Shown piece by piece: positions 10,373 to 19,144 of a stretch of DNA of 64,000 nt. The notes beneath the pieces were generated by a model. It saw nothing but the letters and a program-made list of their open reading frames with translations, was not told the DNA's origin and ran no database searches. A program made the position numbers and the translations under genes. Source of the stretch: Bacteroidia bacterium (GTDB lineage Bacteria; Bacteroidota; Bacteroidia; UKL13-3); contig JBMOGB010000002.1 of the NCBI GenBank assembly GCA_049318585.1, positions 10,560 to 74,559 of the forward strand, read 5' to 3'. How positions within the stretch are numbered: the first letter of the stretch is position 1; each line of letters starts with the position of its first letter.

Positions 10373-11140
10373 ATGTATATTCAAGAAATTTCAATAGAAA
10401 TAAAGTCTGAATTCGACAAAGAAGAACTTGTTTACGAGTTTGGATATCTTATGGTTGACTATCGAAATAATGGACAAACCCAAGGTTTAATTGAATCTCA
10501 ATATATCAATGAAACTAGAATTGTTTGTTTACCATCAACACTTGAAATAAATTCACTTGATAGTAACTTTAACAATACATATGTTGACTACCGAATTAAA
10601 AAAATTGAAGAAATTTGCAAATCAAAATTTAAGTTTAGAACAGTAGGTAAGTCATTTGATTATTATATTGCACCTTGCGAATGTCCAAAAAGTGAATACT
10701 ATATTTTAATTACAAATTATGCTACTACTGAATCGCCTTTGACATGTGGAAATTGTAATAAATCAGTTCCATTATATAGACTTCCTAAATATTATAAAGA
10801 TGATTATTTGCCAATTTTAAGTTGGGAGTCAAATTACATTGCTTGTGACAGACTTCAAATGAATTGTGAAGTTGGAGAAAATTGGGCTTTAAATCAAATG
10901 GAAAAATTGGACTCGCAATTATCAAAACAAGGTTTAAAAATTTGCAAGAAAATTGAAGAACTAACACAAATAAATACTTATTATTACTTACACAATTGGA
11001 AAAAATATAAAGGAGACACATTACAAAGGCACTGCCCAGGCTGTAACAACAAATGGGGCTTGAAAAAACCGTTACATAAAATTTACGACTTCAGATGTGA
11101 CAAATGCAAATTAATTTCTACCATTTCACCAAATGCTTAA
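10373..11140 (+). CDS. Zn-ribbon protein, DUF2310-like
   Basis: 255 aa; CxxC pairs (CGNCNK...; CPGCNNKW...CDKCK) and YIACDRLQMNCEVGE, which I recall from the DUF2310 family. Confidence 0.55.
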   Translation: MYIQEISIEIKSEFDKEELVYEFGYLMVDYRNNGQTQGLIESQYINETRIVCLPSTLEINSLDSNFNNTYVDYRIKKIEEICKSKFKFRTVGKSFDYYIAPCECPKSEYYILITNYATTESPLTCGNCNKSVPLYRLPKYYKDDYLPILSWESNYIACDRLQMNCEVGENWALNQMEKLDSQLSKQGLKICKKIEELTQINTYYYLHNWKKYKGDTLQRHCPGCNNKWGLKKPLHKIYDFRCDKCKLISTISPNA

Positions 11141-11313
11141 CGAAACGCCATCGGGTAATAAGGTTTACAGCGATAAATACTAACAGGTTAGTTGTTTTAA
11201 TTGACTTTTGAAAAAATTTGTTAGTGAAACAATAGCCTAAAGCAAAATCTAGAAACTAATTTAAACTTTACAATTTTGATTATATTTGAAACTGAAACAA
11301 AAAAATTATAAAT

Positions 11314-11544
11314 ATGCTATCAATAGTAGGAATATATGACAATGGTAATTTGAAACTTGATAAGGATTACTCAACAAAAAATCCTATAAAAGTAATTGTA
11401 ACTTTTTTAGAAGAGATACAAAATAAATCTGAAAACGTACTTGCTTTGACTGACTTCTCATTCTTTAAAAGCAAAAAAAATCTTCAAAATTTTAAAGGGT
11501 CATTTACGGAAACAGTCGTTAACGAAAGACGTGAAGAACTATGA
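11314..11544 (+). CDS. small antitoxin-like protein (DUF104/AF2212-type)
   Basis: 76 aa; N-terminal IVGIYDNGNLKLDKD...VIVTFLEE pattern; stop overlaps the next ATG (ATGA). Confidence 0.4.
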   Translation: MLSIVGIYDNGNLKLDKDYSTKNPIKVIVTFLEEIQNKSENVLALTDFSFFKSKKNLQNFKGSFTETVVNERREEL

Positions 11545-11621
11545 AAATATATTTAGATACTTCTTTGTTTACTGTTTGTGTTTTTACCCTCTTTTACCAA
11601 ATATGTGCGTTGAAAACTTAA
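11541..11621 (+). pseudogene. truncated PIN-domain (VapC-like) toxin, 26 codons
   Basis: Own translation MKIYLDTSLFTVCVFTLFYQICALKT-stop. MKIYLDTS is the canonical PIN N-terminus with the first acidic residue. Confidence 0.4.
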
Positions 11622-11695
11622 AACAACAACAATTTTTCAAAGCAAATGAAATTGACTGATAATAAACTCAAAATAAATAGAAAACAAACAATAAA

Positions 11696-12544
11696 ATGAA
11701 AGCAAAATATTTGAACCCATTTACAGACTTCGGATTTAAAAAAATCTTTGGCGAAGAGGCAAGCAAGCCTCTTTTAATTGATTTCTTAAATGCCTTGTTG
11801 CCTAATGCTGACAAAATTGTTGATTTGACTTTCAAGAACAACGAACAACTTGGATTAACCGACCTTGACAGAAAAGCGATTTATGACATTTATTGTGAGA
11901 ACGAAAAGGGAGAAAAATTTATAGTAGAATTACAAAAAGCCAAGCAAAATTATTTCAAAGAAAGAACCATTTATTATTCCACATTTCCAATAAGAGAACA
12001 AGCTGAAAAAGGCGAATGGAACTATAATTTGAAATCTGTTTACTGTATTGGAATTTTAGATTTTACTTTTGACGACTATGAAACTGAACCAGAGAAAAAT
12101 GAAGTAGTACATACCATAAAATTGAAGAACCAAAATGGTAAAACTTTCTACAATAAACTAACTTTCATTTATTTGGAAATGCCTAATTTTAAACAAATAG
12201 AAACTCAATTAGTTACTCGTTTGGATAAATGGCTTTATTTTATTAAAAATTTAGAAGACTTTCAAACAATTCCTTCAATTATTGCTGACGAGGTTTTTAA
12301 TCAAGCATTTGAGAAAGCTGAACTTGCAAAATTTGGACAAACAGAATTGGCTAATTATGAATATAGTTTAAAAATATTTAGAGATAATAAGGCAGTATAT
12401 GATTATGCGGTTGATACAGCTTTTGACGAAGGAAAAACAGAACGAAGCATTGAAATGGCAAGGTTTATGAAGTCTGAAAACGAACCAATTGACAAAATAA
12501 TAAAATATACTGGATTAACAAAAGAAGAAATAGAAAAGCTCTAA
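11696..12544 (+). CDS. Rpn family recombination-promoting nuclease / PD-(D/E)XK putative transposase
   Basis: 282 aa; N-terminal YLNPFTDFGFKKIFGEE, D..Y...GEKFIVELQK core, C-terminal helical tail. Confidence 0.8.
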   Translation: MKAKYLNPFTDFGFKKIFGEEASKPLLIDFLNALLPNADKIVDLTFKNNEQLGLTDLDRKAIYDIYCENEKGEKFIVELQKAKQNYFKERTIYYSTFPIREQAEKGEWNYNLKSVYCIGILDFTFDDYETEPEKNEVVHTIKLKNQNGKTFYNKLTFIYLEMPNFKQIETQLVTRLDKWLYFIKNLEDFQTIPSIIADEVFNQAFEKAELAKFGQTELANYEYSLKIFRDNKAVYDYAVDTAFDEGKTERSIEMARFMKSENEPIDKIIKYTGLTKEEIEKL

Positions 12545-12601
12545 CTTAATTGCATTTTGTTTAGCTTAAAGTTGTTTACATATTCACAAACAAATAATTC
12601 T

Positions 12602-13687
12602 TTATTCCTTTTCCAAAAACAAACGCTGGGTTGGGTAGGCAAATTTACAATTATTACGTTCCACAATTTCCATAATTTGAATATTGATGGCTTGTTTCAC
12701 TTCAATCTTTTTGTCGTAAAGGTTGGAGGTAACAAAATAAATTACCAAAATGCTCAAAGAACTTGAATCAAAATCGGTGAAGTTCACATTCAGTTCATCA
12801 CTGGTATCTTCATTTTTTATGATTGCATTTTTTATTTCATCTATGATATTTAAAATATCAACCGACTTGCTTTCATAAGTTAATTGAAGCATAAATTTCA
12901 CCCTACGTTCTTCACTTAAACTAATATTATTAAGCGTTGAGTCTACTATTTTTTTGTTTGGAACAGTTACCAAACTTCTGTCTAAGGTTCTCACTCTAGT
13001 GGTTCTAAAACCAACACGTTCTACAATTCCTTTTACATCCGAAACTTCAATTTGATCACCAACTTTAAAAGGTTTATCGAGGTAAATAATAAATGAGCCA
13101 AATAAATTGGCAATGGTATCTTGAGCCGCTAAAGCAATGGCCAAACCACCAATTCCTAAACTTGCAATTAAGGCAGTAATATTTACTTCAAAAGCCAATC
13201 GAAGCACAACAAAAAAAGCAAAAATAATGATGACAATTTTTGATAGTTCCTTCAAAAAACGAATCAAATCAAGGTTCAAATGTTCCACATCGCTTTCACT
13301 TAAAACATAAGCTATGTAATCTGCCGATTTTAAAACCAATTTGGTAATTACTGTAATTAATGCAATTTCATAAATTGCTTCTATTACCCAACGCAACCCA
13401 AATTTTTCGATTCCATCTATATGCCAAGTTTCAGGAAAATTCAACCTGCTGAAAGCAGCATACAAAATAACCAATGAAATTAATTGCTCAAATGGAGTTC
13501 TTAAAAGCAATAAAAACTGGTCGTAATATTGGTTTTGGGCTATGCCTTTAAATATTCTAAACGTTTGTTTACTAATTAAATTAGCAAACAAACGTTTGAG
13601 TAAAAAACCAAATAACAAAATACACACGCAAATAAGGTATTCACGTAATGGGTTTTCTAGGTATTTGATTTCGAGTGCTTCTCTCAT
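12602..13687 (-). CDS. mechanosensitive ion channel (MscS family)
   Basis: TM helices followed by the MscS beta-domain (PFKVGDQIEVSDVKGIVERVGFRTTRVRTLD). Start moved to ATG 13687, because the 35 upstream codons are translated tandem repeats. Confidence 0.85.
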   Translation of the reverse strand: MREALEIKYLENPLREYLICVCILLFGFLLKRLFANLISKQTFRIFKGIAQNQYYDQFLLLLRTPFEQLISLVILYAAFSRLNFPETWHIDGIEKFGLRWVIEAIYEIALITVITKLVLKSADYIAYVLSESDVEHLNLDLIRFLKELSKIVIIIFAFFVVLRLAFEVNITALIASLGIGGLAIALAAQDTIANLFGSFIIYLDKPFKVGDQIEVSDVKGIVERVGFRTTRVRTLDRSLVTVPNKKIVDSTLNNISLSEERRVKFMLQLTYESKSVDILNIIDEIKNAIIKNEDTSDELNVNFTDFDSSSLSILVIYFVTSNLYDKKIEVKQAINIQIMEIVERNNCKFAYPTQRLFLEKE

Positions 13688-13900
13688 TGGTTGATAAGTT
13701 AATAGGGTTGATAGGTTAATTGAGTTATTGGTTGATGGGTTAATAGGGTTGATTGAGATATTAGTTTCAAAGTAAATGAGTTCCCAAAACATCGTGAGGT
13801 TAATTTAGCAACCTGGATAAATGCATTTTTTGCATCTAATCAACTCCATTAACCAATTAACATATCAACTTTTTTTACCCTTATCAACCTATCAACTACT
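13688..13900. repeat. GTTGAT/GGTTAAT word repeats in two inverted blocks
   Basis: Four forward units GGTTGAT(R)(R)GTTAATAG at 13689-13764. The same words appear reverse-complemented at 13834-13900. Best inverted pair: 13738-13759 versus 13834-13854. Confidence 0.65.
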
Positions 13901-15134
13901 TCACTAAATTTACCAAAGTCATTTCCAATCCTTTTTTCAAAAGACCAGTGTGTTTTGGATTGAATTGGTGCAAACGCATCATGGCTTGCCAAATTACTTT
14001 TGAAGAATCTTTGAAAATTGCTTCATCGGTTAAATCAACTTCATCGTTACTTTGGCAATAAGCAAATACACGTGCCATACCGCAATTAGCAATAAAATCA
14101 GGGATTACAGCTACTTTGTCATCGGTATAATTTGCCACTTCACCCATAAATATTTCTTCATCGGCAAAAGGAACATTTGCTCCGCAACTAATTACTTCTA
14201 ATTCGCCTTCCACCATTCTATCTACTTGCTCTTTGGTTAACAAACGAGAAGCAGCAGCAGGTATAAATATTTCAGCACCAATGTCCCAAATTTTTGCATT
14301 CACTTCTTCATACGAAAGCATGTCAAGATGAACCAAAGTGTTTCCTTGTTTGTTTAAAAACAGGTCCTTTATTTCATCTTTTGTAAAGCCAGTATTTTTT
14401 ATCAATCCACCGTTACGGTCAATAATTCCAACTATCATCACACCATACAAACTTAGGTAATAAGCAGCCGCAGCGCCTACATTTCCCCAACCTTGAATAA
14501 TGGCACGTTTCATATTTACATTTCCACCCCAAATTCCGTAGTAATGACGAACAGCTTCAGCAACGCCATAACCTGTAATCATATCGGCAGTTACCAAGTT
14601 TTTGTCATCGGCAGGAATAAAACGTAAATCGGTTAATTTTTTTGAAACACCACCAGTTAAATTGGCCAAACGCTTTTTTGTTGAAGTAGCATCTACTTTA
14701 AAATGTCCATTCACTACACCTTCTTGCGGATGAAATAAACCCAACTTTTCAGTAATAGGAATTACTTCATGAATTTCATCTACGTTTAAATCGCCACCAG
14801 TACCATAATAAGTTTTCAATAATGGCATCACAGCTTTATACCAACGTTCCAACACGCCTTTTTTACGAGGATCTGCTGGGTCGAAATTGATTCCTGATTT
14901 TGCACCACCTATTGCTGGACCAGCTATGGCAAATTTTATTTCCATGGTTTTTGCCAATGAAGTAACTTCATGTTTGTTCAAACCTTTGCGCATACGCGTT
15001 CCACCACCAGCAGCTCCACCTCTTAACGAGTTAATAACTACCCAACCTTCAGCTTCAGTTTCGCTGTCTTTCCATTCAAAAACAATCTCTGGTTGTTTCG
15101 ATTCGTACTTTTGTATTAATTTATCTAATTGCAT
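13896..15134 (-). CDS. Glu/Leu/Phe/Val dehydrogenase family (glutamate dehydrogenase-like)
   Basis: 412 aa; GGAAGGGTRM substrate-binding motif; Rossmann GWGNVGAAAA. Confidence 0.88.
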   Translation of the reverse strand: MQLDKLIQKYESKQPEIVFEWKDSETEAEGWVVINSLRGGAAGGGTRMRKGLNKHEVTSLAKTMEIKFAIAGPAIGGAKSGINFDPADPRKKGVLERWYKAVMPLLKTYYGTGGDLNVDEIHEVIPITEKLGLFHPQEGVVNGHFKVDATSTKKRLANLTGGVSKKLTDLRFIPADDKNLVTADMITGYGVAEAVRHYYGIWGGNVNMKRAIIQGWGNVGAAAAYYLSLYGVMIVGIIDRNGGLIKNTGFTKDEIKDLFLNKQGNTLVHLDMLSYEEVNAKIWDIGAEIFIPAAASRLLTKEQVDRMVEGELEVISCGANVPFADEEIFMGEVANYTDDKVAVIPDFIANCGMARVFAYCQSNDEVDLTDEAIFKDSSKVIWQAMMRLHQFNPKHTGLLKKGLEMTLVNLVK

Positions 15135-15247
15135 AATTTTTATTTTGCTTCTGGCTTTCAGCTACTGGCCTCTAGCACAATTGTAATCTTTTAATTTTTT
15201 TCCCGATGCATTGGGATTGTAATCTTTAACTTTTGTAATTATAAATT

Positions 15248-16342
15248 TTATGTCATTTCGAGCGAAGTCGAGAAACAAACTTTACTAAAATTTCCGTGTA
15301 AAGCTCCGCCAATGCTATTGCTCACAGCACCCGTAACTGTTTTTAAAATATTAATTTCATTCCTAATTCTTAGTACTCCCAAAAATGCAAAAACCATTGC
15401 TTCTTTATAGTTTATAATGTTTGAATCAGGAATTACTATTTTAGTTTTTGTTTTGTTTTTTATATTATTCATCAAAAAATGATTGAAAGTTCCACCACCA
15501 GTTACCAGCACATTTTCAATATTATTTGTATTTAAAACAGTTGCAATTTGCATAGCAATATGTTCGCTCAATGTAGCCATTTTATCAGCATCGCTTATAG
15601 ATGAAAAGCTAGCAATGATAGGCCAAAACTCAGTTTTTACCCATTCAATTCCTAACGATTTTGCACCAACTTTTTTGTAAAAATCTAGGTTATTTAAAGC
15701 TAAAAGCAATTCAATATTTACTGTTCCGCTTGAAGCAATTTCGCCATCATCGTCATAAGGCGCATCAAATTCATTGGCAATAATATTCATTACAATATTA
15801 CATGGCGAAATATCGAAAGCTTTCTGAGAATTTTTTAAACTGATATTGGCAAAACCACCTAAATTTAAACAAGCATCAAATTTTTCAAATAATAAAAAAT
15901 CACCAATAGGAACCAGTGGCGCACCCTGTCCACCAAGCATTACATCTGTATTTCTAAAATTATTTACTACGGGTAAATTACTTTCTGCATTTATTCCGGC
16001 TCCACAACCAATTTGAGCTGTAAATCCTTTATCTGGTTGATGAAAAATAGTATGTCCGTGCGATGAAATAAAATCGACAGCAAGGTTATTTTCTTCAATA
16101 AATTGTTTGGTAATTTTACCTAAATACCTTCCGTAAAATGCATCGGTTTTGGGATAAAGATGGATTGGTTGCTGGTGCAATTGACTTAATCGAACCAACC
16201 AGTTTTCATCGTAAGGTATGGTTTTGGCGTGTTTGATTTCAAAATTCCAAGCATCGTTTTTAAATTCAAACTCGCAATAAGCAATGTCAACTCCATCCAT
16301 TGAAGTGCCACTCATTAAGCCTATTACCTTGTATTTATCCAT
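15248..16342 (-). CDS. anmK: anhydro-N-acetylmuramic acid kinase
   Basis: 364 aa; GLMSGTSMDGVD N-terminus; LVTGGG near the C-terminus. Confidence 0.9.
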   Translation of the reverse strand: MDKYKVIGLMSGTSMDGVDIAYCEFEFKNDAWNFEIKHAKTIPYDENWLVRLSQLHQQPIHLYPKTDAFYGRYLGKITKQFIEENNLAVDFISSHGHTIFHQPDKGFTAQIGCGAGINAESNLPVVNNFRNTDVMLGGQGAPLVPIGDFLLFEKFDACLNLGGFANISLKNSQKAFDISPCNIVMNIIANEFDAPYDDDGEIASSGTVNIELLLALNNLDFYKKVGAKSLGIEWVKTEFWPIIASFSSISDADKMATLSEHIAMQIATVLNTNNIENVLVTGGGTFNHFLMNNIKNKTKTKIVIPDSNIINYKEAMVFAFLGVLRIRNEINILKTVTGAVSNSIGGALHGNFSKVCFSTSLEMT

Positions 16343-16455
16343 TCTTTATTTTAAAAAAATAAGTGTGCGAATATATTACAAATTGATTGGTGTTAGGCTA
16401 TTTTTTATCAGAGAAAAATACCATGTTTATTGAGCTAAAGAAATAACATTTCTCT

Positions 16456-16804
16456 CGATAATTATCGCATGTCAGTTAAGCAAAGGAAAACTCTGAAGGA
16501 GTTTAATATCAATAGCCACCAGTGAAACTGGTGGTTTAATGAATAAAATAAACATATCGAAAACCTCAAAAACATCGCGAAAGCCAAAGGCTTTCGCAAT
16601 GTTTTTGAGGTTTTCGAGCAGAAGGTTCTGTTCGTTTTTTCAACGGGTTAAAACCCGTTGTTACAAAATGTTCCGTTCCTTCGGAACTTTAATGTTTATA
16701 AATGTTTACAAGAAAAAATCATACATTAACTTGAAGCATATAGCATAATCATCGGGAAAGCTCAATGTCCGTGGTCGTTGAGCATGTCCGATAGTTATCT
16801 GACG
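16456..16804. repeat. MITE/REP-like cluster of hairpins
   Basis: Hairpins at 16516-16534, 16557-16617 (28 of 29 bp paired, 3-nt loop), 16641-16660, 16670-16687 and 16760-16783. Bounded by CGATAATTATCG..CATGTC (16456-16475) and CATGTCCGATAGTTATC (16783-16799). Confidence 0.65.
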
Positions 16805-16908
16805 AAACGAATTTTAAATACTAAAAAAAGACATTCAATGAAATTTATTGAATTTATTCAAAATCAAACAAAATTTCTTATCATGCAAATCAATTCAACG
16901 TTTTAAAT

Positions 16909-18165
16909 ATGAATAAAAAACTAAACTTTTTAATTATTGTAGCAGCTCTTGGCTACTTTGTAGATATTTATGATTTGATTGTATTTAACGTTGTAAAACA
17001 GGAAAGTTTGCTTGATTTTATTACACCTGATTTGATGGATAAAACGGATACTTTTTTGTTTAATTGTCAAATGACTGGTATGCTTTTGGGCGGATTAATT
17101 TGGGGAATTTTAGGCGATAAAAAAGGAAGAGTTTCAGTACTTTTTGGCTCTATAATTTTGTATTCAGTTGCCAATATTGCCAATGCTTTTGTAACCGACA
17201 TTCCTAGTTATGCTTTAGCAAGATTCATGGCTGGAATTGGATTAGCAGGCGAGTTGGGCGCTGGCATTACTTTGGTGAGTGAAAACATGGAAAAATCGAA
17301 GCGAGGAATTGGAACCATGATTATTGTTTCAGTAGGAGCTTTAGGAGCCATTGCTGCCGCTGTTATTGGAAAAAATGGGCATTATTTAGTTTCGTTTTTA
17401 GATACTGCTTTTTCTATTTCTTTAAAAAATTGGCAAGTAACTTATTTGGTTGGAGGCATTTTAGGATTAATGTTATTGTTACTCAGAGCAGGTACTTATG
17501 AAAGTGGCATGTATAAAATGGTTGAAACCAATACAAAAATTCAAAAAGGAAATTTGATAAGTTTGCTTAAAAATAAAAACAATTTGATAAAATACTTGGC
17601 ATGCATAGCCATTGGTTTGCCCATTTGGTTTACCATTGGCGTTTTGGTTAATAAATCACATTTGTTTGCAAGGAATTTAGGCATTGAAATAAAAGTAGCC
17701 GATAGTGTGATGTTTGCCTATTTAGGCTTATCGTTTGGCGATTTATTAAGTGGCTTGTTCAGCCAATTATTTAAAAGCAGAAAGAAGGTAATTTTTGGTT
17801 ATTTAGGCTTTAGTTTTATCTTATATTTTGTCTATTTATTTAACAACCAAGTTTCCATTTCTTATTTTAAATTGATGTGCTTTTTGTTAGGAACAGCCAC
17901 TGGTTATTGGGCGCTTTTTGTAACCGTAGCTTGCGAACAATTTGGCACCAATATTCGTTCAACAGTTACCAATACAGTTCCTAATTTTGTGCGAGGTGCA
18001 GTTGTTCCCATAACTTTAGGTTTTGCTGCTTTGCAAAGCAATTTCAGTTTCAATATTACTTCATCGGCTTTGGTAGTTGGCTTAATTTGTTTAACCTTAG
18101 CCATTATTTCTACTGCTTATGTGGCCGAAAGTTTCCATAAAGATTTGGATTACGTAGAGGAGTAA
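16909..18165 (+). CDS. MFS transporter
   Basis: 418 aa; about 12 TM segments; GDKKGR loop between TM2 and TM3. Confidence 0.85.
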   Translation: MNKKLNFLIIVAALGYFVDIYDLIVFNVVKQESLLDFITPDLMDKTDTFLFNCQMTGMLLGGLIWGILGDKKGRVSVLFGSIILYSVANIANAFVTDIPSYALARFMAGIGLAGELGAGITLVSENMEKSKRGIGTMIIVSVGALGAIAAAVIGKNGHYLVSFLDTAFSISLKNWQVTYLVGGILGLMLLLLRAGTYESGMYKMVETNTKIQKGNLISLLKNKNNLIKYLACIAIGLPIWFTIGVLVNKSHLFARNLGIEIKVADSVMFAYLGLSFGDLLSGLFSQLFKSRKKVIFGYLGFSFILYFVYLFNNQVSISYFKLMCFLLGTATGYWALFVTVACEQFGTNIRSTVTNTVPNFVRGAVVPITLGFAALQSNFSFNITSSALVVGLICLTLAIISTAYVAESFHKDLDYVEE

Positions 18166-18424
18166 TACCAATCGGGATTCAATATAATTAATTGGTTTTT
18201 TTAAATTTTTATTTTACTAACGGAAATAGAAAGGGCCTTCTGATTGCCATCTAGGTATAATGGAATATTTTGTAGACACTAGTTTTAATTGGTGGCAAAG
18301 TGAATATTTTAAATGATAGAATCTGTTGATAATGTTTAAATATTTGCCATAACTATTTTAAAAACATTGGTTTAAAGTAAATGCTACTAAACACTTACAA
18401 TTGCTTAATATTGCAACCTTATTT

Positions 18425-19144
18425 ATGAAACACCTACACAGTTTAAAAGAAATTATTATACATGAAGATGAGCATTTTGTTTTTATAAACAAACCTGCCT
18501 TTTACTCAAGTCTTGACGATAGACACGATGATAATTTGAGCATTATAAAGTTAGCAAAAAAATACAACGAAGAATTAAGACTTTGCCATCGATTAGATAA
18601 GGAAACTAGTGGAATTTTATTAATTGCTAAATCGGATGAGGCATACCGTGAAATGGCTATAAAATTTGAAAAACGTGAAGTTGAAAAAACATATCATGCC
18701 ATTGTTGCTGGTCAATTAATGGTTAAAGACCAAGAAATAATTTTACCTTTAAGTCAAACCAAAAAAGGACTTGCATTTGTTGATAAAAAAGAAGGAAAAC
18801 CTTCAAAGACCATAATTTCTACTTTAAAACTATATAAGCATTTTACTTTATTAGCTTGTAAGCCAGTTACAGGTAGGTTACATCAAATCAGAATTCATTT
18901 AGCAGCACAAAATTTTCCTATAGTTTCCGATGAAAGTTATGGAGGTAAAAAAGTTTTTCTTTCTCAGTTTAAGCCCAAATTTAAAGAAGGAAAATGGGAA
19001 AATGAAGAGCCAATTATTAAACGTGTAGTGCTTCATGCTTACCAATTAAGCTTTACAGCTTTTAACAAACCTTATTTAATTACTGCCGAATACCATAAAG
19101 ATTTTTCAGTATTTGTTAAGCATTTAGAAAAATATGATAATTAA
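18425..19144 (+). CDS. RluA family pseudouridine synthase
   Basis: Catalytic motif HRLDKETSGILLIAK; GRLHQIRIH. Start placed at ATG 18425 rather than TTG 18401. Confidence 0.85.
   Translation: MKHLHSLKEIIIHEDEHFVFINKPAFYSSLDDRHDDNLSIIKLAKKYNEELRLCHRLDKETSGILLIAKSDEAYREMAIKFEKREVEKTYHAIVAGQLMVKDQEIILPLSQTKKGLAFVDKKEGKPSKTIISTLKLYKHFTLLACKPVTGRLHQIRIHLAAQNFPIVSDESYGGKKVFLSQFKPKFKEGKWENEEPIIKRVVLHAYQLSFTAFNKPYLITAEYHKDFSVFVKHLEKYDN

Noticed and set aside
13688-13792. 35-codon N-terminal extension of the mscS-family ORF (MFWELIYFETNISINPINPSTNNSINLSTLLTYQP)
   Set aside because: It is a translation of the GTTGAT/GGTTAAT tandem words. A downstream ATG at 13687 gives a normal start before the first TM segment.
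16539-16748. 69-aa ORF in the anmK/MFS spacer
   Set aside because: It is composed of translated hairpin arms (both arms of the 29-bp stem fall in frame) and has no coding-like composition.
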